Assembly (NCBI GenBank): GCA_020723505.1 | Contig: DYIT01000004.1 | Coordinates: forward strand, 14,560-78,559 | Origin: Candidatus Kuenenia stuttgartensis | GTDB lineage: Bacteria; Planctomycetota; JAKEIC01; DYIT01 | Length of the DNA: 64,000 nt | Direction: 5' to 3' | Part shown: positions 1 to 7,963 of the stretch, in pieces | Layout of the letters: each line of letters opens with the position of its first letter | Numbering within the stretch: position 1 is the stretch's first letter | Made by a program: the position numbers and the translations under genes | The notes under the pieces: generated by a model | What the model saw: the letters and a program-made list of their open reading frames with translations, nothing else | Databases searched by the model: none | What the model was told of the DNA's origin: nothing

Positions 1-7
1 GCACTAT

Positions 8-724
8 TTGAAATTTGAAATAAATGGGCCTAAAAGCAGCGCGAATAAAAGTTATTCTGCAGGAGCCGGATATGAAGGATGGAAAAGAGTTGGGAAATTA
101 ATAACATTAAATCCATCAGAAAGATCAATAGGTGAATTCGACATTACAAAGGATAGCATTACAGTGACTCCGGGAAATTACTCAATCGTTGCAGTATATC
201 GCTTAGAATATAACGACAAAACATACTTTATTAAGTCTAAACCCATATCTTTCAAACTAGTTGAGCAAAACGAAGAAGATAGAGAAGTTGCTTCATTTCT
301 AGGATTGAGTAATTTTCGTAGGGTCTTAGGTATGCACAGACAAAATGACTCTCTTTTAAAGCTTCTAGGGTACGAGTCAAAGTATCTTTCTGTTCTGTCA
401 GGACATCCGAACTCTACTTTTACAAAGTATGTAGCTTTTAACCTTGCTAAATACTACTCGATGAAAGCCCGAAGCAAAGAGGCCATTCCAATACTGGAGA
501 ATCTCATAAAAACGCAACCGGTGTTTGCTCTCACGGACGATGCTATGTTACTGCTTGCAAAGAGCTATATAGAAGAGCCTGGTGAATGCGCCAAAGCCAA
601 GGAAGTCCTGGAACAAATCCTGACAAAGTTCCCAAAAGGAAATTGCGCGCGCGATGCCAAGGAGAAGCTTGACAAGATGAAGGAAGAAGATAAGAAGAAA
701 GAAGAAGATAAGAAGAAAGAATGA
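8..724 (+). CDS. Hypothetical protein, probably 5'-partial; beta-sandwich-like 'VTPGNYSIV' segment, then TPR/BamD-YbgF-like helical region and an EEDKKK x2 tail
   Basis: ORF track 8..724 begins on TTG with no in-frame stop upstream to the window edge. Strongly AT-rich (~35-40% GC by hand count), unlike the core. An 18-bp tandem duplication (683-700 / 701-718) encodes EEDKKK twice. Confidence 0.5.
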   Translation: MKFEINGPKSSANKSYSAGAGYEGWKRVGKLITLNPSERSIGEFDITKDSITVTPGNYSIVAVYRLEYNDKTYFIKSKPISFKLVEQNEEDREVASFLGLSNFRRVLGMHRQNDSLLKLLGYESKYLSVLSGHPNSTFTKYVAFNLAKYYSMKARSKEAIPILENLIKTQPVFALTDDAMLLLAKSYIEEPGECAKAKEVLEQILTKFPKGNCARDAKEKLDKMKEEDKKKEEDKKKE

Positions 725-739
725 TTTCAGACGTTCGGA

Positions 740-1381
740 ATGCAATCGCACGACCTCGTCAAGAAAATCAGAATCGTCGGCATTGACCCGGTCGTGTCCG
801 CGAGCAGGATAGGGGTCATTCCGGCGGGATTTCAGGTTACGTTCAATGCCAAGACGAAACCGGACGACATCCAGTATTACAATCGCATTTCCTGGAGGGT
901 GAACGGCGCGCTGGTCGGCCTTGGAAATGAAATAAAAATCGCGTTCCATGATCCCGGATGGAAAGCAGGGCAGGCGTTCGTCGGGCTTTCGGGAAGCGTC
1001 ATTGACGAGCAGGGCACTCTTTTCGAAGTGATCGGCGAAACCAAAGGCGAGACTACTAAGCCGGAGGCATTGAATCTTGCGGAAAAATACGTCAAGGAGA
1101 AATCGACCGCGTTGAAGGCAGCGGTCGATAATTGCACGGGCTTCGTGGATAAGCACGGCGAGAAATGGGAGGAATATCTTCCGCTCAACGTGACCATGAA
1201 TTCAAGACGGGCTATCCACATGGGGCTGATTTGCAGGGGGAATTTCAGGCTGTCGAACGAGTCCTATTACGAACCGATTCCGTCGAATATCAAGGGCTGG
1301 GTTTTCTCGCCATTGAGTCTCCTGGCGGACGATTTGCGGGTCTGCGCGGGCAGCAAGCTGTATTCGGGACCGTCTCCTTAA
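740..1381 (+). CDS. Hypothetical protein (213 aa), no recognisable family
   Basis: ATG-initiated ORF 15 nt after the previous stop. Normal amino-acid composition, in contrast to the Arg/Pro-rich overlapping antisense ORFs. Confidence 0.45.
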   Translation: MQSHDLVKKIRIVGIDPVVSASRIGVIPAGFQVTFNAKTKPDDIQYYNRISWRVNGALVGLGNEIKIAFHDPGWKAGQAFVGLSGSVIDEQGTLFEVIGETKGETTKPEALNLAEKYVKEKSTALKAAVDNCTGFVDKHGEKWEEYLPLNVTMNSRRAIHMGLICRGNFRLSNESYYEPIPSNIKGWVFSPLSLLADDLRVCAGSKLYSGPSP

Positions 1382-1384
1382 ATC

Positions 1385-1654
1385 TTGAAATTAATCCTGT
1401 TCCCAAACCATTACCACCTGCTGGTGTCCACCCCGCACGGGGGATTGGCGCGATGGATGCGGCACGTTAACGGGGATTATGTCCGCTATTTCAACCATAG
1501 GCACCGAAGGATGGGGCATCTTTGGCAAGGCAGGTACAAGGCGATTCTGGTTCAGGACGGGGAGTATCTCAATGAATGTTCGCGATACATCCACCTGAAC
1601 CCCAACCGCGCGAAGATCACGCGTCCCGCGGAGCGATACAAGTGGAGTCGTTAG
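1385..1654 (+). pseudogene. Truncated REP-associated tyrosine transposase (RAYT / IS200-like Y1 transposase) fragment
   Basis: The translation carries the HUH block (FPNHYHLLV), GHLWQGRYK, and the catalytic-Tyr block (CSRYIHLNPNRA...ERYKWS). About 60 N-terminal residues of the family are missing: the frame opens on TTG right after the stop of the previous ORF. The frame ends just after the YxWS block. Confidence 0.7.
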
Positions 1655-1741
1655 CCGCACGCCACCTGGAAGCGGAGTCGGCCCGGAACGCGGAATTCAG
1701 CGGAAAGTTGCAGGTGTTGGCCGGCCGCCTGGAACATAATA

Positions 1742-1870
1742 TCAAGAATTACACCCGATCACGATTCGCGCCCGCTCGCGGGGTTCGAGGACGACCCAGA
1801 CCGGGTCGAACAGAGAAAGCGCCGCCCGGGCGTCTTCGGGGTCGACGATGCTGTTCCTGATTTCCGTCAT
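1742..1870 (-). pseudogene. Possible fragment of a large serine recombinase (C-terminal block only)
   Basis: 43-codon ORF below the ORF-track cutoff: MTEIRNSIVDPEDARAALSLFDPVWVVLEPRERARIVIGCNS. The FDPVW..L.P.E.ARIV string resembles the conserved FDPLW..L.P.EQ.RI..LL.ERV block of large serine recombinases. By-eye match only. Confidence 0.35.
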
Positions 1871-1889
1871 CCATGCGACCAAGCCTCGA

Positions 1890-2648
1890 TCATCCCAGGT
1901 GGTACAAGGTCCGCAAGGCTGAAATCACCGACACGCGAGTCGTACCACGGATGCCGAGGGCGCGCAGATCTACCGTCTCGGTTTCCATGCGAGACAGAAA
2001 CTCGCGCAGATCTGCCCGGATCTTCTCCGGGGCAGAGATATCCCGGTCCGGCCGGACGACCTGGAAGAGCCGAAACACGTCGTTCTTGTGCTTCTTTATC
2101 GAGGCTCCCTGGACATCTTCCATATCCGTCCGGCGGCGGGTCAGGTCGAGCCAAGCCCTCGCCTTCAGCGGGATGAGGTGCTCCGCCCCGACGAAGGGCA
2201 ATCCATCCAGCTCCCTCCTCCCCGACAGCATGAACGCATAGTAGTCAGAGTCGAGAAGGATTGCAGACAGGCTGGAAACGTACTCATCCATGGGGAGCGG
2301 GGTCAGGTGACTGCCCTCGGCGACCTCGAGGAAATCCGGTACGCGCGAAAACAGCTCGATCATCGCCGGATAATCCGCGTCCTCGGGCTTGAGGAAGCGG
2401 TGGCACTGCCGCCTGCCTGTCGACTTCCGGTACGCGCGATACCCTCCGAGGCGGACGAACGACCAGATTGCATTCACGAACGGGCGATCCAAGGTTTCGG
2501 CGCACAGCACAACGTCCAAATCCTTGGTCGCGCGGAAGTCGATGGCGGCTTCGCCGAGGACGATCTCGCAGGCGGTCCCGCCGATTAGCAGGAATCGGTC
2601 GGAGAATCCGCGGAAGTGTTTCCGGAACACATCCAGGCCCTTCACCAC
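1890..2648 (-). CDS. Nucleotidyltransferase AbiEii/AbiGii-family toxin (type IV toxin-antitoxin)
   Basis: 252 aa. LLIGGTACEIVLG...RATKDLDVVL matches the GG.A...R.T.DlD nucleotidyltransferase signature of the family. The GTG start overlaps the stop of the upstream ORF (GTGGTGA at 2642-2648). Confidence 0.75.
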   Translation of the reverse strand: MVKGLDVFRKHFRGFSDRFLLIGGTACEIVLGEAAIDFRATKDLDVVLCAETLDRPFVNAIWSFVRLGGYRAYRKSTGRRQCHRFLKPEDADYPAMIELFSRVPDFLEVAEGSHLTPLPMDEYVSSLSAILLDSDYYAFMLSGRRELDGLPFVGAEHLIPLKARAWLDLTRRRTDMEDVQGASIKKHKNDVFRLFQVVRPDRDISAPEKIRADLREFLSRMETETVDLRALGIRGTTRVSVISALRTLYHLG

Positions 2649-3622
2649 GGCAGCCCCCGCATCATCTCTTCCAGCGCCACTTCGACCCGCTCGTCCGGGC
2701 TTCCACGAAGCGACAGGTATAGGGAAAGGCGGTCGACCACGCCCTTCTCAGCGAAGAGGGACGGCGGGTAGATCCATACCTCGACATCGTCGGCCTCCGG
2801 ATTGCGATCAGGCATCTCCTCTGTGTCCAGTAATCCTGATGCCTTCCAGTCCTCCCGTCCGAAGGCGAAGGTCTCGTAGGAGGGCGGGGACAGGATGGAG
2901 TAGCGGGACAGGGCCGAGAGCCCGGCCTGGATTCCATTCGAGACCCGATTTCGCCGGTGGACGAACCGGCGCTTCAGAACCGGACTTCGAAGAAGGGATT
3001 GCGCTCTCTTCCAGACCTCGCCCCTGCTCCCGTCGAAGCGGAGGCATCGCTCCTTCCCGCACGCGGAGGCCTCGGCCAGGCGGGCGGCACCAAGCTCGTC
3101 GAAAGCTCTGCTCATCGTCATGGGGGAGTAGCCAAGTTCCCCCGCCATCCGTACCGGGACCAGCGGCTCCTCCGATCCGCGGAGCAGCCAGAAGAGGACG
3201 ACGGTCTGGGTGGAGGGGCTGAAGACCTCGGGCTCCTCGCGGAGCCTGGAGAAGTGCTCGCGCAGGTCCATGCCCAGCATGGGAAGGTACATCTGGTTAC
3301 CTGGGACCACGAAGGGGACCTTCTGCTCAATCAGCCGTTTCCGGTGGAACGCGGTGACGCGGGAGCGGACATAGACGACCTCGCCGTTCCAATTATCCCG
3401 CACCGCGTCCATGTGCTTCCGGATGACGGCCGGCGGCTGTTCCGCGCGGCCGGAATCGACCATCAGGAGGATCTGCAGGCCGAGGAGGCGCGCACTGCGA
3501 AACCCATACGCGGCCTTCAGGAAGTGCGGCAGGTTCGACTCCTCGGTCCAGGAAGAGGAATCTATCTCCACGCCAAGCACCGCGCGAATATAGGCTTCAA
3601 GATTCTTTATTTCCCGCTCCAT
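2642..3622 (-). CDS. AbiEi-like antitoxin / HTH regulator partner of the AbiEii-like toxin
   Basis: Lies immediately upstream of the NTase toxin and overlaps it. Central HTH-like segment MAGELGYSPMTMSRAFDELG. Start chosen at MEREIKNLEAY (ATG 3622, preceded by GGAAAGG); the ORF track extends to 3700. Confidence 0.5.
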   Translation of the reverse strand: MEREIKNLEAYIRAVLGVEIDSSSWTEESNLPHFLKAAYGFRSARLLGLQILLMVDSGRAEQPPAVIRKHMDAVRDNWNGEVVYVRSRVTAFHRKRLIEQKVPFVVPGNQMYLPMLGMDLREHFSRLREEPEVFSPSTQTVVLFWLLRGSEEPLVPVRMAGELGYSPMTMSRAFDELGAARLAEASACGKERCLRFDGSRGEVWKRAQSLLRSPVLKRRFVHRRNRVSNGIQAGLSALSRYSILSPPSYETFAFGREDWKASGLLDTEEMPDRNPEADDVEVWIYPPSLFAEKGVVDRLSLYLSLRGSPDERVEVALEEMMRGLPW

Positions 3623-3703
3623 CGCCTTTCCGTACCATACAAATCGCACGCTATCATAAATGATGTTAGCGTGCGATACAAGAGATATTCTTGCTGGCAA
3701 TTA

Positions 3704-3901
3704 TATCACTGGGAGGGGCGCAACAGGTCAACCAAGGGAAGGCGGCCCGTCGAACTCGTCTACTTCGAGGAGTTACCGACGGCGGCGCAGGAGCGCGAAA
3801 GGGAGCGGTCGTTCAAAAACGGCAGGACGCGCATGAAAGTGATCGAGCATCTCATCGCGACATTCCCAAAATGCAAACTCGCTCCCTTTCGCGCGGTGTA
3901 G
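3704..3901 (+). pseudogene. C-terminal fragment of a GIY-YIG (UPF0213-type) nuclease
   Basis: Only the last ~65 codons of the long shadow ORF 2957..3901 look real: HWEGRNRSTKGRRPVELVYFEELPTAAQERERERSFKNGRTRMKVIEHLI. This matches the H.eG...T..rRPveLVy.E.f....A..rE...K.wsR.kK..LI tail of GIY-YIG proteins. The N-terminal GIY/YIG half is absent and that space is occupied by the AbiEi-like gene on the other strand. Confidence 0.6.
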
Positions 3902-3935
3902 TGTCAAGGGCCAGCCCACTTTTCAGGACGTCTTC

Positions 3936-4175
3936 CCTGCCTGCGCCGCGCAAGTTCGTGGCAAGGGCGCGGCAGGCAGGCAGATGATGGATCTCGAGGA
4001 TTTCCAGCAGGAGTACCTGCCTGCGCCGCGTAGGAGAGAAAATACGGCGCGGCAGGCAGACGAGCTCGGGCATAATGATGAGAGTCAGACGTTCTTCTCG
4101 TATGACCTGATCTTCGCTTGTTGTCAGCCTGCCTGCCGCGACGCCTGGCGATGTGAAGGTCGCGGCGCAGGCAGG
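3936..4175. repeat. Cluster of three REP-like imperfect palindromes; the third is inverted relative to the first two
   Basis: Hairpin 1 (3936-3980): CCTGCCTGCGCCGCG-N16-GCGCGGCAGGCAGG. Hairpin 2 (4016-4059): the same left arm, N15, then GGCGCGGCAGGCAG. Hairpin 3 (4128-4175): CCTGCCTGCCGCG-N20-CGCGGCGCAGGCAGG, the reverse complement of the same asymmetric stem. All lie in non-coding DNA. Confidence 0.7.
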
Positions 4176-4315
4176 GACGAGATGGAGACGAGCAGGACCA
4201 TACGGTCCCGAGCATGGTTCTATCGTAAGTCTAGAATAGTTCTCATCCGGAAAATTAAAACCGAATGTTAAAAAGGATTTATATCGGCAAGGGGACAATT
4301 GTCAATGCCGGTTTG

Positions 4316-4381
4316 GAACGAACCCACTTACCGGCGATTTTGAACCCACCTGCCGGTCAATTTGAACCCACCGCTGCCGGG
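4316..4381 (+). repeat. Three tandem 22-bp direct repeats (TTTGAACCCACC-N-CCGG), iteron-like
   Basis: Unit 1 (4316-4337): gaacgaacccacttaccggcga. Unit 2 (4338-4359): ttttgaacccacctgccggtca. Unit 3 (4360-4381): atttgaacccaccgctgccggg. The GAACCCAC core recurs at 4320, 4342 and 4364, an exact 22-nt period. Confidence 0.6.
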
Positions 4382-4645
4382 CACGCCGGCCCCTCGGATC
4401 TCAAAGCCGTGCGAACTCGTCTCGGTGCATGGCGCGCAAATCGTGCGGGCCGTGCCTGCGTTCCAGAATCCCTCTGGGAAATCGCCGTGCCCCCGGAAGC
4501 TTTCCAGGAATCGAACCAAGCGCGAAAAAATCCTGGCGAAAAAGCTTCCGGCTGGAGAAAATGTTTTCCTGAAACGGCACCGCCGGCGCAGGAATGATCC
4601 GGCCGCCGTCCGGAGGTGCATGTGCCCGGCAAGATCGACAGGTCA

Positions 4646-5506
4646 ATGACATGCACGGAATGCGGAATCAGGATTGACGTATCCATGCGCAATCCGGGGG
4701 AGCGGATAAGCTGCGCGTGCGGGAAGCCGCTTTACGTCCCCGAGCCGGCCAAAGCCGCGACGTCGCTGTCTTGCCCCGGGTGCGGATCCCCATGCGACAG
4801 GGACCTCCACCGCTGCCCGTACTGCGGCGCAGGACTTCAGACCGTATCCTGCCCCAAGTGCTTCGGAATGAATTTCAAGGGGGTGAAGCACTGCTGCCAC
4901 TGCGGGGAGAAGATTGAAAGAGCCGCGGTCGACCTCGACGAGGAGTCGGGTCTCCCCTGTCCCAGGTGCGGAGCGGGGCTCGCGAGGCGGCATGACGCGG
5001 GCTGCCTTCTCAACGCCTGCAGCACCTGCGGGGGCGTGTGGGTCGACTCGGAAACCCTTGACAGGCTTGTTTCCGGGAAGGATGGCGCGGCCGCGGTGAG
5101 GAAGGCGGCGCTCCCGTTCGAGGAAAGCGCGCGCGGCGGCGTTTCGGAGGACAAGGTCGCCTACATCCCCTGCCCTTCCTGCGGAACCATGATGCACAGG
5201 AGGAATTTCGGAAAGGCATCCGGCGTGATTGTGGACGTGTGCAAGGAACACGGCACGTGGTTCGACAGGGGGGAAATCCGGCACTGCGTGGAGTTCGTCC
5301 TGTCCGGCGGCCTGGAAAAAGCCGCCAGAATCCAGAAGGAGGAGCTCAAAAACGAGGTCGAGCACCTCAAATCCATGGCACGCGGCATCGGCACGGGCGC
5401 ATCATACACGGTGAGGGGCGCAAGGAAGGATTCGGTTTTCGAACTCGCAGGAGAAGCAGGGTTCGTCCTCGGTTTAATCCGAATCGTATTCAGGCTCCTT
5501 GGGTGA
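4646..5506 (+). CDS. Multi-zinc-ribbon protein with two TFIIB-type zinc-finger (PF13453-like) modules and a C-terminal hydrophobic helix
   Basis: CPRCGAGL...CSTCGGVWVDSETLDRL and CPSCGTMMHRR...VDVCKEHGTWFDRGEI match the CP.Cg...C..CgG.W.D.gEl pattern. There are additional CxxC pairs N-terminally. Start taken at MTCTECG; the ORF track starts at 4616. Confidence 0.7.
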   Translation: MTCTECGIRIDVSMRNPGERISCACGKPLYVPEPAKAATSLSCPGCGSPCDRDLHRCPYCGAGLQTVSCPKCFGMNFKGVKHCCHCGEKIERAAVDLDEESGLPCPRCGAGLARRHDAGCLLNACSTCGGVWVDSETLDRLVSGKDGAAAVRKAALPFEESARGGVSEDKVAYIPCPSCGTMMHRRNFGKASGVIVDVCKEHGTWFDRGEIRHCVEFVLSGGLEKAARIQKEELKNEVEHLKSMARGIGTGASYTVRGARKDSVFELAGEAGFVLGLIRIVFRLLG

Positions 5507-5654
5507 TTCCTCGCCCTTGACAGCGCTGCCCGACTCTGTTGTAATATAGCCGCGTTCGGAGTCCGGTTGCCGGACCTGGACGATATTCCGTCGGCCCATG
5601 GAAGTCCGACGGCCCTTTTCGACGGCCTTTCGCTTTCGCGGAAGGGGGGGATTG

Positions 5655-6782
5655 ATGCGTTTTCCGAACCTTGCAGCCCCTGCTGTCCTGATGGCGATGC
5701 TTTGCGTCGTGCCCGGCTGCGTTTCGGAAACCGAGAAGAAGATCGAGAGCCTCCGCGCCGACCCCGGACCCGAGAACTGCCTCAAGCACCTGTCCGATCC
5801 CGACCCGGTCGTTAGACTTGCGGCCGCCATCGCGGTGGAGAAGCATTGCGGCAAGGACGGGAAAGGGCTCCAGGGCCTGCTAGATGCCACGGCGGACAAG
5901 CACCCTGCCGTGCGCGTATCCGCAATCTCCTCAATCAAGAGGCTCGACGCCGCGGCCAGGAACGCCCTGCCCTATCTGCTCGACAGGCTCGCGGACGAGT
6001 CGGATCTCGTGCGAATAGCGGCCATCGACGCCCTTGGCAGGCTCGGCAACGGTGACAAACAGGTCACCTCAATGCTGGGGAGAATCCTCCTCGACGCCGA
6101 GGAATACTACCCTGCCCGCGTGGAAGCGGCCCTTGCGCTAGGAAGGGGGACGAAGAAGGACGGCTTCCATGCTGCCGAGACCGCGGAAAAGCTCGAAGTG
6201 CAGTCCGGGAAGACGGATCCTGTCATGTCGCTTTGCGCGACCTTCCTATCGCTTCAATCCGGGGGCGAGTTCGACAGGCTGGTCAAGCACGTCTCCAAAA
6301 GGATGAATGAGGGAAACGCAACCGAGAGGAATACGGCCGCAAGGATGCTCGGCATCCTGGGCCAGGCCGCCAAGAACTCGGTGCCGGATCTCCTGAGGGC
6401 GCTCGAAGACAAGGACGAGGGAGTGAAGGCTTCGGCTGCCGAATCCATAGGACTCCTCAATTCCGCCCCGGCCCAGGCGATTCCCGCCCTGCTGAAGACC
6501 GTGGTCTCGGAAACCACGCTCAGCCTGGAGACCTCCCTGGCGGCGGCCGGCGCCGTGGCGGAGTTCGGGTCCCAGTCCGTCCCATATCTCCTCAAGAATA
6601 TCGAGTCGCTCGACTCGAAGGACCGCTTCTGGGCCGTCTTCATCCTCGGCGAAATCGGCCCCAAGGCCCGTCCTTCCCTTCCGGCAATCCGCAGGCTTCT
6701 CCAGAGCCAGTTCGAGGATTCCGACGTCATCATGGCTGCCGATATAGCCGTGCGCAGAATCTCGAACTCGAACGGGCGCTGA
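5655..6782 (+). CDS. HEAT-repeat protein with N-terminal signal peptide, possibly a lipoprotein
   Basis: Repeated D.D..VR..A...L units (DPDPVVRLAAAIAVEK, HPAVRVSAISSIKRL, ESDLVRIAAIDALGRLG, DKDEGVKASAAESIGLL). N-terminus MRFPNLAAPAVLMAMLCVVPGC. ATG 5655 is preceded by GAAGGGGGGG. Confidence 0.75.
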   Translation: MRFPNLAAPAVLMAMLCVVPGCVSETEKKIESLRADPGPENCLKHLSDPDPVVRLAAAIAVEKHCGKDGKGLQGLLDATADKHPAVRVSAISSIKRLDAAARNALPYLLDRLADESDLVRIAAIDALGRLGNGDKQVTSMLGRILLDAEEYYPARVEAALALGRGTKKDGFHAAETAEKLEVQSGKTDPVMSLCATFLSLQSGGEFDRLVKHVSKRMNEGNATERNTAARMLGILGQAAKNSVPDLLRALEDKDEGVKASAAESIGLLNSAPAQAIPALLKTVVSETTLSLETSLAAAGAVAEFGSQSVPYLLKNIESLDSKDRFWAVFILGEIGPKARPSLPAIRRLLQSQFEDSDVIMAADIAVRRISNSNGR

Positions 6783-6821
6783 ATTCCACACGAAGCATCG
6801 GCCAGGCGCTTCGCGTGGAAT
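6783..6821 (+). terminator. Long stem-loop overlapping the HEAT gene stop; terminator-like but without a T-tract
   Basis: ATTCCACACGAAGC-N11-GCTTCGCGTGGAAT forms a 14-bp stem with one A.C mismatch. The stem sequence CCACACGAAGC recurs in the hairpin at 29396-29431. Confidence 0.4.
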
Positions 6822-6931
6822 CCATTAATACTCCTTCGTGAATTATCCGGGGCAAATCACGGCGGAAACCCCCGAAACTTATGCGGGAACGGAGTGTTAC
6901 TATATTTGACGCCTTTTCTGGGGATTAGGGA

Positions 6932-7924
6932 ATGCCGAAATCAATGAGCCTCGCAATTGTTTCGTGCTTCGCCGCCTGCATTGCCGGCCTTCAGACGGCA
7001 TCTGCCCAGGATCCCGTCCGGAGTCCTGCGGGGAGCGACATGGCAGGGAAGCTGGAAGCCCTCACCAACGAAGTGCTGATTCACGCTCTCCTGAGGAAGA
7101 TGGACGCGACGCAGGACCAGCTCAAGCGCTTCCTAGAGTGCGCATGGGGGGCCAGAACGGCGTCCGAGGCGTACAAGAAGGAAATGGAGCGCCTCAATCC
7201 CCTGTTCGAGGAGGCATGCAGGGGGCTTCACAAGGAGGACGAGGGGAACAAAGGCCTGTCGGAAGAGGTCATGCACAGGGCCGCAAGGCTCGAGCACGAC
7301 GTCAAGACGGCCTTCAAGGCTTTCAGCGACAAGGTGAACCGATGGGAGGACAGGGCTCTCGAATCGCTGACCGCGGCACAGAAGGCGATGGTCGAGGACT
7401 TGAGGTCCGAAGGCGGGGTGAGGAAGCTGCTCAGGCTGCTCGATCCCGCGAAACCGGGGGAGACCCCGAAGTCCGAGAAGCCGTCCTTGAAGGCCGTGCG
7501 CGTCACTCTGGAGGCGGCCAGGAATCTGACCGCCGAGCAGTGGAAGGAGCAGTCGGCCGGATTCGTGGAGAACCTGGTCAAGGGCTGGGAGACGTCCAGG
7601 GCTCCGCTTCCGGCGGAGGACAGGGAGCGGTTCCGCGAACACCTGTCGGATCTGCTCGACGAGGTGAGGGCCATGGACCGGAAGACGTTCGATGAATCCC
7701 TCCCCGGCATCGCGAGGAGCATGAGGCCGCCCGACAGGATTGAGGAGCTCAGGGCGGAGCTCAAGGAGATAACAAAGGCGAAATACGGGGCCATAGGCGA
7801 TGTCGGGAGGTTCCTCCTGAACGACCGGCTGATTCCGGTGCTGGAGGGGAAGCTCGGCATGAAACCGGGCGCCTCGGCCCCGGCGGATCCGGGCAGGGCC
7901 GGGGACGGGAGCGGGAAGAAGTAG
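6932..7924 (+). CDS. Secreted alpha-helical protein with LTxxQ-like motifs (CpxP/Spy-like motif only; much larger than Spy)
   Basis: Signal peptide MPKSMSLAIVSCFAACIAGLQTASA. LTAAQKAMVEDL and LTAEQWKEQ motifs. Paralogue of the next gene, sharing the C-terminal L(L/N)D.R(L/I)IPVLE..L block. Confidence 0.7.
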   Translation: MPKSMSLAIVSCFAACIAGLQTASAQDPVRSPAGSDMAGKLEALTNEVLIHALLRKMDATQDQLKRFLECAWGARTASEAYKKEMERLNPLFEEACRGLHKEDEGNKGLSEEVMHRAARLEHDVKTAFKAFSDKVNRWEDRALESLTAAQKAMVEDLRSEGGVRKLLRLLDPAKPGETPKSEKPSLKAVRVTLEAARNLTAEQWKEQSAGFVENLVKGWETSRAPLPAEDRERFREHLSDLLDEVRAMDRKTFDESLPGIARSMRPPDRIEELRAELKEITKAKYGAIGDVGRFLLNDRLIPVLEGKLGMKPGASAPADPGRAGDGSGKK

Positions 7925-7963
7925 CACGGCGCCGCGGCCGGTTTCCGTTCCGGCCCGCGGGGC

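Noticed and set aside
2957-3901. 314-aa plus-strand ORF covering the AbiEi-like gene region
   Set aside because: It is antisense to a better-supported gene and its composition is Arg/Gly/Pro/Ala-rich, as in high-GC shadow frames. Only its last ~65 codons (the GIY-YIG tail) look like real protein sequence.
3936-4175. Possibility that the repeated GC-rich elements are a small CRISPR array
   Set aside because: Each unit is itself a palindrome. One copy is inverted, the spacing is irregular (80 and 112 nt), and there are no cas genes. This fits REP/BIME-type elements, not CRISPR.
4265-4692. Several 80-110-aa ORFs in both strands upstream of the zinc-ribbon gene
   Set aside because: They are mutually overlapping, Arg/Pro/Gly-rich and lack RBS or motifs. 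The region is treated as non-coding remnant DNA (see the 22-bp repeat finding).
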